From contig JAGUVT010000017.1 in assembly GCA_020062745.1 (NCBI GenBank), forward strand, positions 1 through 58,145: a stretch of DNA of 58,145 nucleotides. The letters are read 5' to 3'. Numbering within the stretch: the first letter of the stretch is position 1; each line of letters begins with the position of its first letter. Position numbers and translations under genes: made by a program. Below, piece by piece: positions 1 to 8,008 of the stretch. This stretch comes from Deltaproteobacteria bacterium. Lineage in GTDB: Bacteria > Bacillota > Desulfotomaculia > Desulfotomaculales > JAGUVT01. The notes under the pieces are model-generated. The model did no database searches. It was not told the DNA's origin and worked only from the letters and a program-made list of their open reading frames with translations.

Positions 1-2
1 CC

Positions 3-1046
3 GGGTACCGCTGGTGCTGGGCGGAAATATTCGCCGGCATCCTGTGTGTTGTCTTCTTTCAGGCACTGGCCGCCGTTGCCATTGTCTTCTACCTGAGAGG
101 ATTCGCTTTTCCGCGGACCGTTCTTCTGTTTGCTCCCTTCGCGCACCTTATTCTCCTTTCTGCTTGGCGGCGCCTAACCTGGCACATCGAGAGAGGAACG
201 CAGGGCATCCAGCGGGCGCTGGTCGTTGGGCGTCGTGCCGAGGCCGCCGCGCTGGCCGAAAAGTTGGAGGCCATGTCCTTCGGTATGATCCGGGTGGGCG
301 GCCTGGTGACTGAACGGCCGGAAGGTGAAGGAAACGGTATCCTGGTGCGAGGCCGGGAACCGGACTGGGTCGGCGGAACAGCAAGCGCGTGCGCGGACGC
401 CCGCCCCGTCCTGGGGGATATTGCTGCCTTCTGTGAGTGCCTGGATGCGTACCGGCCGGACACAGTCTTTGTCTGCACCGGTCTTTCCGCTCAGGACAAG
501 GCCGAGGTGATCTACGCCTGTACGGTCCGCGACGTGGCTGCTTACATGGTGCCGGACTTTTACGAGATTCTGATTGCCCGGTCGCGGCTGGAGAAGGTGG
601 ACGACATTCCCGTCTTCTCCGTTGGGCGACTGTCCATTCCGGAAGAGGCACGCCTGCTGAAGCGGCTGATCGACATCGCCTTCTCTCTCTCCGGCCTGAT
701 CCTTGCGGCGCCGCTGATGTTCCTGGTCGCGGCGGCGGTGCGCCTGGATTCGCCCGGGCCGGTCTTTTACCGGCAGCGGCGTTTCTCAGAGTACGGCCGG
801 CCCTTTTACCTATACAAATTTCGTACCATGACGGATGGGGCCGAGGGTGCCACCGGGCTGGTGCCGGCCGATGCCGATGACCCCCGGGTGACCCGGATGG
901 GCCGGATTCTCCGCGTCGCCCGGCTGGACGAGCTGCCCCAACTGATTAATGTGCTGCGCGGCGAGATGAGCCTGATCGGCCCGCGCCCCGAAAGGGCCTT
1001 TTTTGTCAAAAAGGCCCTTACTTTAGTCCAGGGAAAGATTAAATGA
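3..1046 (+). pseudogene. Undecaprenyl-phosphate sugar transferase (WcaJ/CpsE-like); 5' end outside the window, C-terminally truncated
   Basis: The frame is open from position 3 (TM segments, then KRLIDIAFS, DSPGPVFYRQRR, LYKFRTM, RLDELPQLINVLRGEMSLIGPRPER). It stops shortly after PRPER and lacks the usual KPGITG/D-x-x-Y tail. Truncation occurs at the palindrome/direct repeat at 992-1118. Confidence 0.8.
992..1019. repeat. Perfect 12-bp inverted repeat (AAGGGCCTTTTT-tgtc-AAAAAGGCCCTT)
   Basis: Read directly; sits at the truncation point of the sugar transferase. Confidence 0.85.
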
Positions 1047-1118
1047 CCTCGGGGTTACTTCTTCTTGTCTATGAAAGCCCCGCTTATTTGCGGAGAGGGC
1101 CTGGTATAAGGCCCCTTT
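1022..1118. repeat. Direct repeat copy 1 (97 bp): 3' end of the fliT-like gene plus downstream flank
   Basis: Matches 3554-3650 with 4 mismatches by eye; on the minus strand it encodes KGPYTRPSPQISGAFIDKKK*. Confidence 0.92.
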
Positions 1119-1124
1119 GGGTTG

Positions 1125-1448
1125 TCAGGAGGGGCTGAGGGGTCCTTGCGTTGCCGGAGAGGGTTTTACATCTCGTTCGAGCCGGTTACCCAAAACGTCT
1201 GCGGCAACATCTAAATCATAATCAGCTTGGAGCCCTAACCAAAACTGAGGCGATGTGCCGAAGTAGCGGGCTAAGCGCAGGGCAGTATCAGCCGTGACGC
1301 TGCGTTTCCTTTGCACAATCTCGTTGATCCGGCGTGGATGCACGCCAATATCCAAGGCTAAACGGTTTTGGCTCAAACTCATTGGTCTTATAAATTCTTC
1401 CATCAGCACTTCCCCGGGATGGACAGGTTTCAGCTTATTCTTGTTCAT
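1125..1448 (-). CDS. higA: HigA/VapI-family addiction module antitoxin (HTH), orphan
   Basis: HPGEVLMEEF...LSQNRLA...RRINEIV..KRSVTADTALRLARYFGTSPQFWLGLQ signature; RBS AAGGAG upstream. Confidence 0.9.
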   Translation of the reverse strand: MNKNKLKPVHPGEVLMEEFIRPMSLSQNRLALDIGVHPRRINEIVQRKRSVTADTALRLARYFGTSPQFWLGLQADYDLDVAADVLGNRLERDVKPSPATQGPLSPS

Positions 1449-1460
1449 ACAGTATTCTCC

Positions 1461-1475
1461 TTAGTGATAGTCAGT
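1461..1475 (-). pseudogene. Possible scar of the higB toxin C-terminus (TDYH*)
   Basis: The minus strand reads act gac tat cac taa just upstream of the higA RBS; HigB toxins typically end in -DYH*. Confidence 0.55.
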
Positions 1476-1555
1476 GCTCTCCAATCAAAAATAAAAGTGG
1501 CATTCCCTCGCTCTTCGTGCTAAAATACAACTAAACCAGTTAGGCAGGCGTTGCC

Positions 1556-2548
1556 ATGAACATCGAAACCACCGCGATCAAAATGGACGAACTGATTAAA
1601 AAGCTTTTCCATTTATCGAAAAAGCCCATCCTCAACATCTTAAACGCCCTGTACGACGACAACCTGGCCGAAACGTCCCAGGTGAGCTACGGCAGTACGG
1701 AATTCATCCGGGACGACCTGGTCAAAAGCACGGCCGACATGTTTATCGAAGTCGCCGCCGGCAAAACTATTTACCGGTACCACATTGAATTTCAAACCAC
1801 CTACGACAAAAACATTGTCATCCGGATGTTCCGCTACGGTTTTGAAAAAGCCAAAGAACTCCTGGATCTATCCGACTTAACCAAACCTTTAGAAATGGAG
1901 TTCCCCGACCCCCGGGTGATCTTTATCGAAGAAAACGAGAAAACACCTGACGCGCTCCAGCTAAGGATTAAGATTCCCAAACAAGCATCCCTGCTCTACC
2001 AGGTGCCGGCGTTTAGATACTGGCTTTACGACGCCCAACAACTTTACGCCAAAAAGATGTACCTTTTGCTTCCCCTGCAGGTGTTCAAGATCCGCAAATA
2101 CTTAAAAGCCAAAGGAAAGATGGACGCCGAAGCATACCAAAACCTTCTGCAAACGGCCGAAGAAGTCGTCAAAACCGTCACTAAAGCCTTGGCGGAAGAG
2201 AAGATCACCCCCGAAGACGCCGGGGAAATGCAGGCCATTATGCTCAACATTGTAGAATACCTGTACGGTAAATACGGTGATTACAGCAGAATCGACCAGG
2301 AGGTGAAAAGCATGATCAAGACTTTCTACGACCCCGGGTTGGTGGAAAAAGGCAGGCAGGAAGGCAGGCAGGAAGGGAGCCGCTTAATCCTGCAAAAACA
2401 AATCAAGAAACGTTTCGGCGTGGTGCCCCAGGATATTGAAGAAAGAATCAACACTTTAGAGCATGCCGAGCTCGAGGCGTTGGCCGAAAAGATCCTGGAA
2501 ATAACCACCGAAGAAGAACTGCGGCGGGTAATTGCGGTCAGGCATTAA
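1556..2548 (+). CDS. Rpn/YhgA-like PD-(D/E)XK nuclease-family (putative transposase) protein with DUF4351-like C-terminus
   Basis: ADMFIEV...YHIEFQT...IRMFRYG core, GRQEGRQEG repeats, C-terminal LILQKQIKKRFG...ELEALAEKILE. Confidence 0.75.
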   Translation: MNIETTAIKMDELIKKLFHLSKKPILNILNALYDDNLAETSQVSYGSTEFIRDDLVKSTADMFIEVAAGKTIYRYHIEFQTTYDKNIVIRMFRYGFEKAKELLDLSDLTKPLEMEFPDPRVIFIEENEKTPDALQLRIKIPKQASLLYQVPAFRYWLYDAQQLYAKKMYLLLPLQVFKIRKYLKAKGKMDAEAYQNLLQTAEEVVKTVTKALAEEKITPEDAGEMQAIMLNIVEYLYGKYGDYSRIDQEVKSMIKTFYDPGLVEKGRQEGRQEGSRLILQKQIKKRFGVVPQDIEERINTLEHAELEALAEKILEITTEEELRRVIAVRH

Positions 2549-2643
2549 AGTATTTTAATCATCGACATGTCCCTGGCCGGTCCGGTTTTAAAAACCGATC
2601 CTGGCAACGGGCAAAAATTGCCAGCACACTGGAGGTGAAGGCG

Positions 2644-2990
2644 ATGAGTGATCCCGTCCTGCAAAAGGCAATTAAAGAATGGCAAAGGCTCAGCCAGGAC
2701 CCGAAAACCAGGGCGCAGTACCTGTCCCCGCTTAAAGTAGAAAATGGATTACTATTCCGCAATGAAAACCGCCGAGGCCCGAGGTAAAATTAAAGCAAAG
2801 CAGGACGCCATCGGCAAGTTTCTGGCCAAAAGGTTTGGGCAGGTTTCTGCCGAAATCCAGGCAAAAATTCAGCAACTGACCGGCCTGGAAACCCTGGATC
2901 GGGTTATGGGGGAACTCTTTGCGGCCAGTTCACCCGCCGAAGCCCGGCGGATTATTGAAGAAGGACTGAATAAAACTTCCCCATCGATTC
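2644..2990 (+). pseudogene. C-terminal fragment of a second Rpn-family protein, frameshifted
   Basis: MSDPVLQKAIKEWQRLSQDPKTRAQYLS, then a frameshift near 2740 into DYYSAMKTAEARGK...FLAKRFG...LETLDRVMGELFAA. Confidence 0.65.
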
Positions 2991-3207
2991 GAATCCGTCC
3001 AAAAAGGCCGCCCCCTGGCCGCGGAGTACCTGCTCACCTTCGGCGTCAAGCCCTTCAGGCACCACCCCGGCTATGGCTGCATCAAGCCCGGCGAGCCGGA
3101 TACCGCGCCGGCTACCGGGCGGCGGAGTTCAAAGAAAAGCCGGACGAACAAACCGCCCTGGCCTACCTGGAAAAAGGCTGCCTGTGGAACAGCGGCATGT
3201 TTATGTT
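2991..3207 (+). pseudogene. Internal fragment of mannose-1-phosphate guanylyltransferase (ManC-like)
   Basis: AEYLLTFGVKPFRHHPGYGCIKPG, then a frameshift into EFKEKPDEQTALAYLEKGCLWNSGMFM; these match ManC motifs TFGIKP, TGYGYI, FKEKP and WNSGMF. Confidence 0.75.
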
Positions 3208-3213
3208 GGGTAA

Positions 3214-3390
3214 GAAGGAGTTACCGTGGATTTGGATGACAAAAACCATATCGTTGGGATGGAAATCCTGGACGCCTCGGAGAAGCTCCGGGACCAGTTG
3301 CACCGGATTGAATTGAGCGGCCTGCCCCCCTGGGAATTGCCTGGGAGAAAAATCTTATCGTCTTTGAAACCAGGGCAACAGGATTTGTAG
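3214..3390 (+). pseudogene. C-terminal half of a DUF2283-like small protein
   Basis: EGVTVDLDDKNHIVGMEILDASEKL; no N-terminal half, and an in-frame TAA directly precedes it. Confidence 0.6.
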
Positions 3391-3403
3391 AATTTCTTCC
3401 TGT

Positions 3404-3438
3404 AAACCCCCGCAGCCAGCAATGGGCGCGGGGGTTTT
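3404..3438 (+). terminator. Intrinsic terminator-like hairpin (AAACCCCCGC...GCGGGGGTTTT)
   Basis: GC stem followed by a T run; the group II intron stub starts a few nt downstream. Confidence 0.6.
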
Positions 3439-3444
3439 ATAATG

Positions 3445-3547
3445 GTGCGCCCGGCATGGGCGGTAGCTTGGCGGTGAAAGTCCGCTATGGACTTGGCAGT
3501 GGGAACCATTAGCCAATGGCAAGGGTGTCCATCGCGAGGTAGAATCT
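3445..3547 (+). mobile_element. 5' fragment (start of domain I) of a group IIC intron; no RT ORF and no domains V/VI
   Basis: Starts GTGCGCCCGGCATGGG, contains GGTGAAAGTCC and GCAAGGGTGTCC...GAATCT as in IIC introns, and lies just after a terminator hairpin (the IIC target preference). Confidence 0.75.
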
Positions 3548-3553
3548 AAACTT

Positions 3554-3650
3554 TTTAGTCCAGGGAAAGATTAAATGACCTCGGGGTTACTTCTTCTTGT
3601 CTATGAAAGCCCCGCTTATTTGGGGAGAGGGCCTGACATAAGGCCCTTTT
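3554..3650. repeat. Direct repeat copy 2 (97 bp), overlapping the 3' end of the fliT-like gene
   Basis: Matches 1022-1118. Confidence 0.92.
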
Positions 3651-3970
3651 TTGAAAGACTGCAGGTTTTTCAGCTTGTTTATAATATCTCTCCGCTTGTT
3701 TTTCACTATCTTAATATTTTGTTTGTCCAGATCCTGTGTCTTTAAAAACAGGGCATTGATTTCTTTTCTTATCGGCTCCGGCCCGTCCTTCTCCCTTATT
3801 TCCGTTGCCAGTTCCATCGCATTTCCTCTTTCTGCCAAAAGGCAGAGCAATTCATGTAAAGATTCTTCTCCAAGTTCTCCCTGGAGCAGGTTGAATTGCT
3901 TGAGGGTATTCTGATAGATTCCTTCGGCCAGTTCCAGTGCTCTTTGGGCGTTATCAGGCATTTTTTTCAT
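3587..3970 (-). CDS. Flagellar chaperone, FliT/FlgN-like
   Basis: Directly downstream of and overlapping fliS; helical ~125 aa protein ending GAFIDKKK. Start is ATG 3970 or 3961. Confidence 0.65.
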   Translation of the reverse strand: MKKMPDNAQRALELAEGIYQNTLKQFNLLQGELGEESLHELLCLLAERGNAMELATEIREKDGPEPIRKEINALFLKTQDLDKQNIKIVKNKRRDIINKLKNLQSFKKGPYVRPSPQISGAFIDKKK

Positions 3971-4361
3971 CCTTACCGTTAGGCTTGTTTTGTTGAGAAA
4001 TTTTGATTGCCTCCGCCCACGTATTTCGCAAGTCTTCAATTATTTTTAGAATTTCCAGGAGGATCAGCTTATCTTTTTTGATATTGGCTTCCACCAGTCT
4101 ATGGTACATATACTCGTAGAGGCTGGATAAGGGTTTGGCTATTTCGTAATTCAGATCCAGGGCGTCTCTCAAGTGGATGATAATATCCTGGGCCCTGATT
4201 ATAGCGTTGTTTGTCCCGCTTATGTCTTTTTTATCCAGACATGAGCAGGCCTGGTTGATAAACCTGACGGCCCCGTTGTATAACATCAAAAGCAGTTGCT
4301 CCGGGCTGGCATTAAGGATGGCGTTTTGCTGGTATTGCTGATAAGGGTTGAGCAGCGCCAA
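3954..4361 (-). CDS. fliS: Flagellin export chaperone FliS
   Basis: NPYQQYQQNAILNASPEQLLLMLYNGA...LSSLYEYM..RLVEAN. Confidence 0.95.
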   Translation of the reverse strand: MALLNPYQQYQQNAILNASPEQLLLMLYNGAVRFINQACSCLDKKDISGTNNAIIRAQDIIIHLRDALDLNYEIAKPLSSLYEYMYHRLVEANIKKDKLILLEILKIIEDLRNTWAEAIKISQQNKPNGKDEKNA

Positions 4362-4376
4362 TTAACCAATCACCTC

Positions 4377-5948
4377 TTATTTATTTGTGGTAAGTTGAGA
4401 AAGCCAGGCGCTTTGAGCGTTCATCTGGCTGATGGCCACCTCGAGCGCGGTAAACTGTTTTACGTACCGTTCCTCGACTTGCACCAGATATAGTTCTAAG
4501 GTGCTTATCCGTTCATCAATGGTGCGGATGGAATTGCTTAAATTGTCGTTTTCGTAAAGAGAAAAGCTGTTGGGGTTGCCGGCCTCGGTGGTGACGCTTT
4601 TAATAGCGGATGATACCGCGTCGTAAATCTTAAGACCGATACCTTTTTCATCGGTAGTGGCCCCGTCCTGGGTAAACAGGTTGGTAACGCCCTCAATATT
4701 CTGGCTGATGGCTTCCTTAAGCTTTGTTTCGTTGATGTAGAGTTTACCGTTTTCATAATAACTGCCGGTGGTTATGCCGATCTGCGATAACTGGTTTAAA
4801 GTTGCCGGCAGCCCGCTGACGATTGAGGCCATTGAGGCACGGAAGTCGCTCATTATTTTATTGAGCAGGGAATTGTTGCGTAAAAGGCCGCTGCGGGCTT
4901 TTTCCTCCCACTTTTCGATTTGAGTGTCGGTGAGGTTTTCTTTTTGCTCGTCGGTCAAAGGGAGGTAATCGCGGTATCGTTCTTCACTTAACTTGTCGCT
5001 TATCTGCTCGATCAGCTTATTGTATTCTTCCACAAAGGTTTTGATGTTGTTAAAAACCTGGTCGATATCGCTTTGGACGGTGACTTTTACGGCGTCTGCC
5101 GCTGCCATGCTGGCGGTTTTGGCTTTTAGGTCAAAAGTTACTCCGTTTAGCGTGAAATTGTTGGTGTGCTCGACCACATCCAGGCTGTTTATGGTCATGG
5201 TGGCATCCTTGCCGCCCTGCTCGTTGGCCTGGCTGATATTGAGCACGCTGGCCAGGAAGCCGTCCGTATCCGTAATCTCAATTTCGTATCCGGCGGAGTT
5301 GTTGTTTCCTGTTTTGGTGGTGGCCAGGGAGATGCCGTCGCTTGTGGACCCTTTGGCGTAAAATGCGGTCAGGTCGAGGGAACTGTTGCTGATTTCCGTG
5401 AGCACGTCGTTTAAACTTTTTGTGTTGGCGTCAAAGCTAAAGGTTTGCTCGTTGCTTGTGCCGTCGTGGTTATATGTTTTTAAAGTGAAGGCAAAGGTGG
5501 AATGCGTATCAAAAAACGCCCCGCCGGCAAGCTTGCTTTTTTGCGACATCAGGGTGGCGTCAGGATCAACGGGGTTGCTGACATCTGTCGATATTTTAGC
5601 CGAGCTGACGTTGCTGGCAATTTCAGCGAGTTGGCTGATGTTAATGGTATAAGTGGTATTGGGTGTGTTGGTGGCCGGTTCGGCTGTGACTATTGTTTCA
5701 TTAGTAGAAACTGCTTTTTTGACCTGAAAGGTTGATTGTAGTTTTATGGAAAGCGCCCAACCGGAACGGAAACTGAGGAGAGAAAGGTTAATTCCTCTTA
5801 AATCCTCTCTTTTCCATTCCATTATCTGCTTGTTTTGTTTTAGTTTGTCGACTGGAATACGCTTTACGGCCATCAAGTCCCGGATCATGCTTTCGGTATC
5901 CAGGCCAGACGCCAGTCCGCTGATGCGCAGGATGCTGTTTATATTCAT
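4377..5948 (-). CDS. fliD: Flagellar filament cap protein FliD
   Basis: RISGLASGLDTESMI N-terminus; PLTDEQK...WEEKARSGLL; QFTALEVAISQMNAQ C-terminus. Confidence 0.95.
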   Translation of the reverse strand: MNINSILRISGLASGLDTESMIRDLMAVKRIPVDKLKQNKQIMEWKREDLRGINLSLLSFRSGWALSIKLQSTFQVKKAVSTNETIVTAEPATNTPNTTYTINISQLAEIASNVSSAKISTDVSNPVDPDATLMSQKSKLAGGAFFDTHSTFAFTLKTYNHDGTSNEQTFSFDANTKSLNDVLTEISNSSLDLTAFYAKGSTSDGISLATTKTGNNNSAGYEIEITDTDGFLASVLNISQANEQGGKDATMTINSLDVVEHTNNFTLNGVTFDLKAKTASMAAADAVKVTVQSDIDQVFNNIKTFVEEYNKLIEQISDKLSEERYRDYLPLTDEQKENLTDTQIEKWEEKARSGLLRNNSLLNKIMSDFRASMASIVSGLPATLNQLSQIGITTGSYYENGKLYINETKLKEAISQNIEGVTNLFTQDGATTDEKGIGLKIYDAVSSAIKSVTTEAGNPNSFSLYENDNLSNSIRTIDERISTLELYLVQVEERYVKQFTALEVAISQMNAQSAWLSQLTTNK

Positions 5949-5963
5949 AAGTTGGCCCTCCTA

Positions 5964-6338
5964 CTACCTTTTTTCATCTATAAACAAGCCGGCTATTTCC
6001 CACATCTTGGCAACCGCATCCAGGATTTCTTCCGGCGGTATTTCCCGAATAACTTTGTTTGTCTGATTATTAATTACTTTGACCATAATTTGTTTTGTTT
6101 CTTCGTGGATGTAGAATCTAAAGCTGCAGTCGGTGCCGTTTAAAGCATTGTTGGCTTTTTCGATTGCTTCTATTAATTTTCTTTCTCCTGTTGAAACCTG
6201 GGTATCCGCCGGTTTCTCCGGGACTTCCGCTGCCTCACCGGTTTTATCGCCCGGCTTTTTTCGGCCCTGGTTTTTGAGATTGGCCTGCAGGTTAACCGGC
6301 GGTGTGGGAGCGACCTGGCTGATCCCGTCGATTTTCAT
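5964..6338 (-). CDS. flaG: Flagellar protein FlaG
   Basis: FYIHEETKQIMVKVIN..T.KVIREIPPEEILD...AGLFIDEKR. Confidence 0.92.
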   Translation of the reverse strand: MKIDGISQVAPTPPVNLQANLKNQGRKKPGDKTGEAAEVPEKPADTQVSTGERKLIEAIEKANNALNGTDCSFRFYIHEETKQIMVKVINNQTNKVIREIPPEEILDAVAKMWEIAGLFIDEKR

Positions 6339-6373
6339 GGAGACCTCATCCTCCAGATAAATTATTTACCTAT

Positions 6374-6401
6374 TTATCGTTAAAGGCGGTTTAAAACTTT
6401 A
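6374..6401 (-). promoter_or_regulatory. Sigma28/SigD-type promoter for flaG-fliD-fliS
   Basis: TAAA-N16-AACGATAA on the minus strand versus consensus TAAA-N15/16-GCCGATAA. Confidence 0.55.
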
Positions 6402-6418
6402 GACTTTTAGTTTTTAAG

Positions 6419-6455
6419 TAAAGAAAGGAAAGACCGCAGTGTTGCGGCCTTTCCC
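6419..6455 (-). terminator. Rho-independent terminator after flagellin
   Basis: GGAAAGGCCGCA-acac-TGCGGTCTTTCC followed by TTTCTTT. Confidence 0.8.
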
Positions 6456-6462
6456 GTGGTCT

Positions 6463-7284
6463 TTACCGGAACAATTGGAGTACGTTCTGCGGGATCGTAT
6501 TGGCCTGGGCCAGCATGGAAGTAGCGGCCTGGTTTAAGATGTTCAGCTTGGTAAAGTTGGTCATTTCCTCTGCCATATCTATGTCGCGGATACGGGATTC
6601 GGCTGCGGTCAGGTTTTCAGCGATGGTTCCCAGGTTGTTAACTGTGTGCTCCAGGCGGTTCTGGTAGGCGCCCAATTTGGACCGCTCGGTAGAAACCGTT
6701 TCAATTGCACTATCAACTGTAGTGATGGCAGCTTGAGCCAGGGATACCGTAGAAACGCTTAAGCCGGAAAGAGCCGCCAGTGCGGCGCCGCTGACTGTCT
6801 GCATGTTGCTCATAGAAACAGTGATGGTCTGGCCGGAGCTGGCCCCTACCTGGAAGTTGAATGAAACGCCGCTTGCCAGAAGCTTTTGGCTGTTGAACTC
6901 GGTGTCGGTGGCGATACGGTTGATTTCACTCAACAACTGGCTTACCTCTGATTGAATTTGGGTCCGGTCGGCGTCTGTAAGGGTTCCGTTGCTTGCCTGG
7001 ACGGCCAGCTCCCTCATTCTCTGCAGGATGGCGTGGTCTTCGTTTATGGCGCCCTCGGCTGTTTGAATCATGGAGATGCCGTCCTGGGAGTTCCTGGAAG
7101 CCTGCTCCAACCCTCTAATCTGGCTGCGCATTTTTTCGGAGATGGCCAGTCCGGCAGCGTCGTCGCTGGCCCGGTTGACCCTTAGACCTGAGGATAAACG
7201 CTCCATAGCTTTGGATAAGGACACCTGGTTGCTTACCAGTTGGCGAGAGGCGTTTAACGCCATGATGTTGTGGTTGATTCTCAT
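6463..7284 (-). CDS. fliC: Flagellin (short, 273 aa)
   Basis: MRINHNI...[26 protein letters not shown]; [11 protein letters not shown]...[15 protein letters not shown]. Confidence 0.97.
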   Translation of the reverse strand: MRINHNIMALNASRQLVSNQVSLSKAMERLSSGLRVNRASDDAAGLAISEKMRSQIRGLEQASRNSQDGISMIQTAEGAINEDHAILQRMRELAVQASNGTLTDADRTQIQSEVSQLLSEINRIATDTEFNSQKLLASGVSFNFQVGASSGQTITVSMSNMQTVSGAALAALSGLSVSTVSLAQAAITTVDSAIETVSTERSKLGAYQNRLEHTVNNLGTIAENLTAAESRIRDIDMAEEMTNFTKLNILNQAATSMLAQANTIPQNVLQLFR

Positions 7285-7290
7285 TTAGAT

Positions 7291-7325
7291 TCCTCCTTGA
7301 AGTAGTTTTTGGGGCATCCCTGCCC
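7291..7325 (-). promoter_or_regulatory. Putative tandem CsrA-binding sites in the flagellin leader
   Basis: Hairpin GGGCA-GGGA-TGCCC with GGA in the loop, plus the AAGGAGG SD; same architecture as the B. subtilis hag leader. Confidence 0.65.
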
Positions 7326-7379
7326 TTCTCTTGGTTGACAACCACTTTTGACTTTGCAAAAGGCCTTTTGCACTTATTT

Positions 7380-7406
7380 TTATCGGTTGTTTTTCCGGCA
7401 ACTTAA
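7380..7406 (-). promoter_or_regulatory. Sigma28/SigD promoter of flagellin
   Basis: TTAA-N15-ACCGATAA on the minus strand. Confidence 0.7.
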
Positions 7407-7493
7407 GAGTTGGGGGAGCTTTTTTGAAAAATATGAAGGAAAATTGGAAAAGGGGGAAAAAGAGAGTTTTGTTGAACTTTTAGTTGAAGGGTA

Positions 7494-7521
7494 TAAAGCG
7501 CCTGGATGGGAGGAACGAAAA
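7494..7521 (+). promoter_or_regulatory. Possible sigma28-type promoter for the maf operon
   Basis: TAAA-N16-AACGAAAA, close to the flaG promoter TAAA-N16-AACGATAA. Confidence 0.4.
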
Positions 7522-7573
7522 GTAAATAAGGAATTTAGTTAGATTGTTTGATTAAAAGAGGCGGTGATGATTT

Positions 7574-8008
7574 GTGAGGGTACCGGTTGATGGAAAGATG
7601 CTTTGTTTGGGTGATTTTATAGTTGATGTTTTAAGTACGGCTAAAGATTACCTCCCCCGTTTGAAAACAGGTTTAAAAGTTGCCTCCCTTTATTTTCAGT
7701 CCCGGGAGGAAGAAAAGGGGTCAATTGCTTTTCTTGAGATTTTAGAAGGGCTGGAGTGGGTAAATCAATTAATGGATAAAAGAGGGCTTCTTTTTAGCGG
7801 AAGATTGGCTTCCGACCGGGAGATAGATTTGAAAATCGGGGGTTATAAAGAAAAGTTAAGGGAGATGCTCGCTGCCTGGGAAAACAGGGATTACCTGTTG
7901 ATCGGCGACCTTCTTGAATATGAATTGATTCCCTTTGTTGATTATTTGATCATTAAGTTTGATGAGGCGATGTTGCTGGTAAGGGGAGAAGGCGAGGATG
8001 TTCTTTGA
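7574..8008 (+). CDS. Hypothetical helical protein of the type found beside maf genes
   Basis: ILEGLEWV...AWENRDYLLIGDLLEYELIP; overlaps the maf start. Confidence 0.7.
   Translation: MRVPVDGKMLCLGDFIVDVLSTAKDYLPRLKTGLKVASLYFQSREEEKGSIAFLEILEGLEWVNQLMDKRGLLFSGRLASDREIDLKIGGYKEKLREMLAAWENRDYLLIGDLLEYELIPFVDYLIIKFDEAMLLVRGEGEDVL

Noticed and set aside
2351-2376. GGCAGGCAGGAA tandem repeat
   Set aside because: It encodes the ordinary GRQE repeats typical of Rpn-family C-termini.
2744-3316. 190-aa ORF as a genuine protein
   Set aside because: It is a chance read-through across Rpn, ManC and DUF2283 fragments whose conserved motifs lie in different frames.
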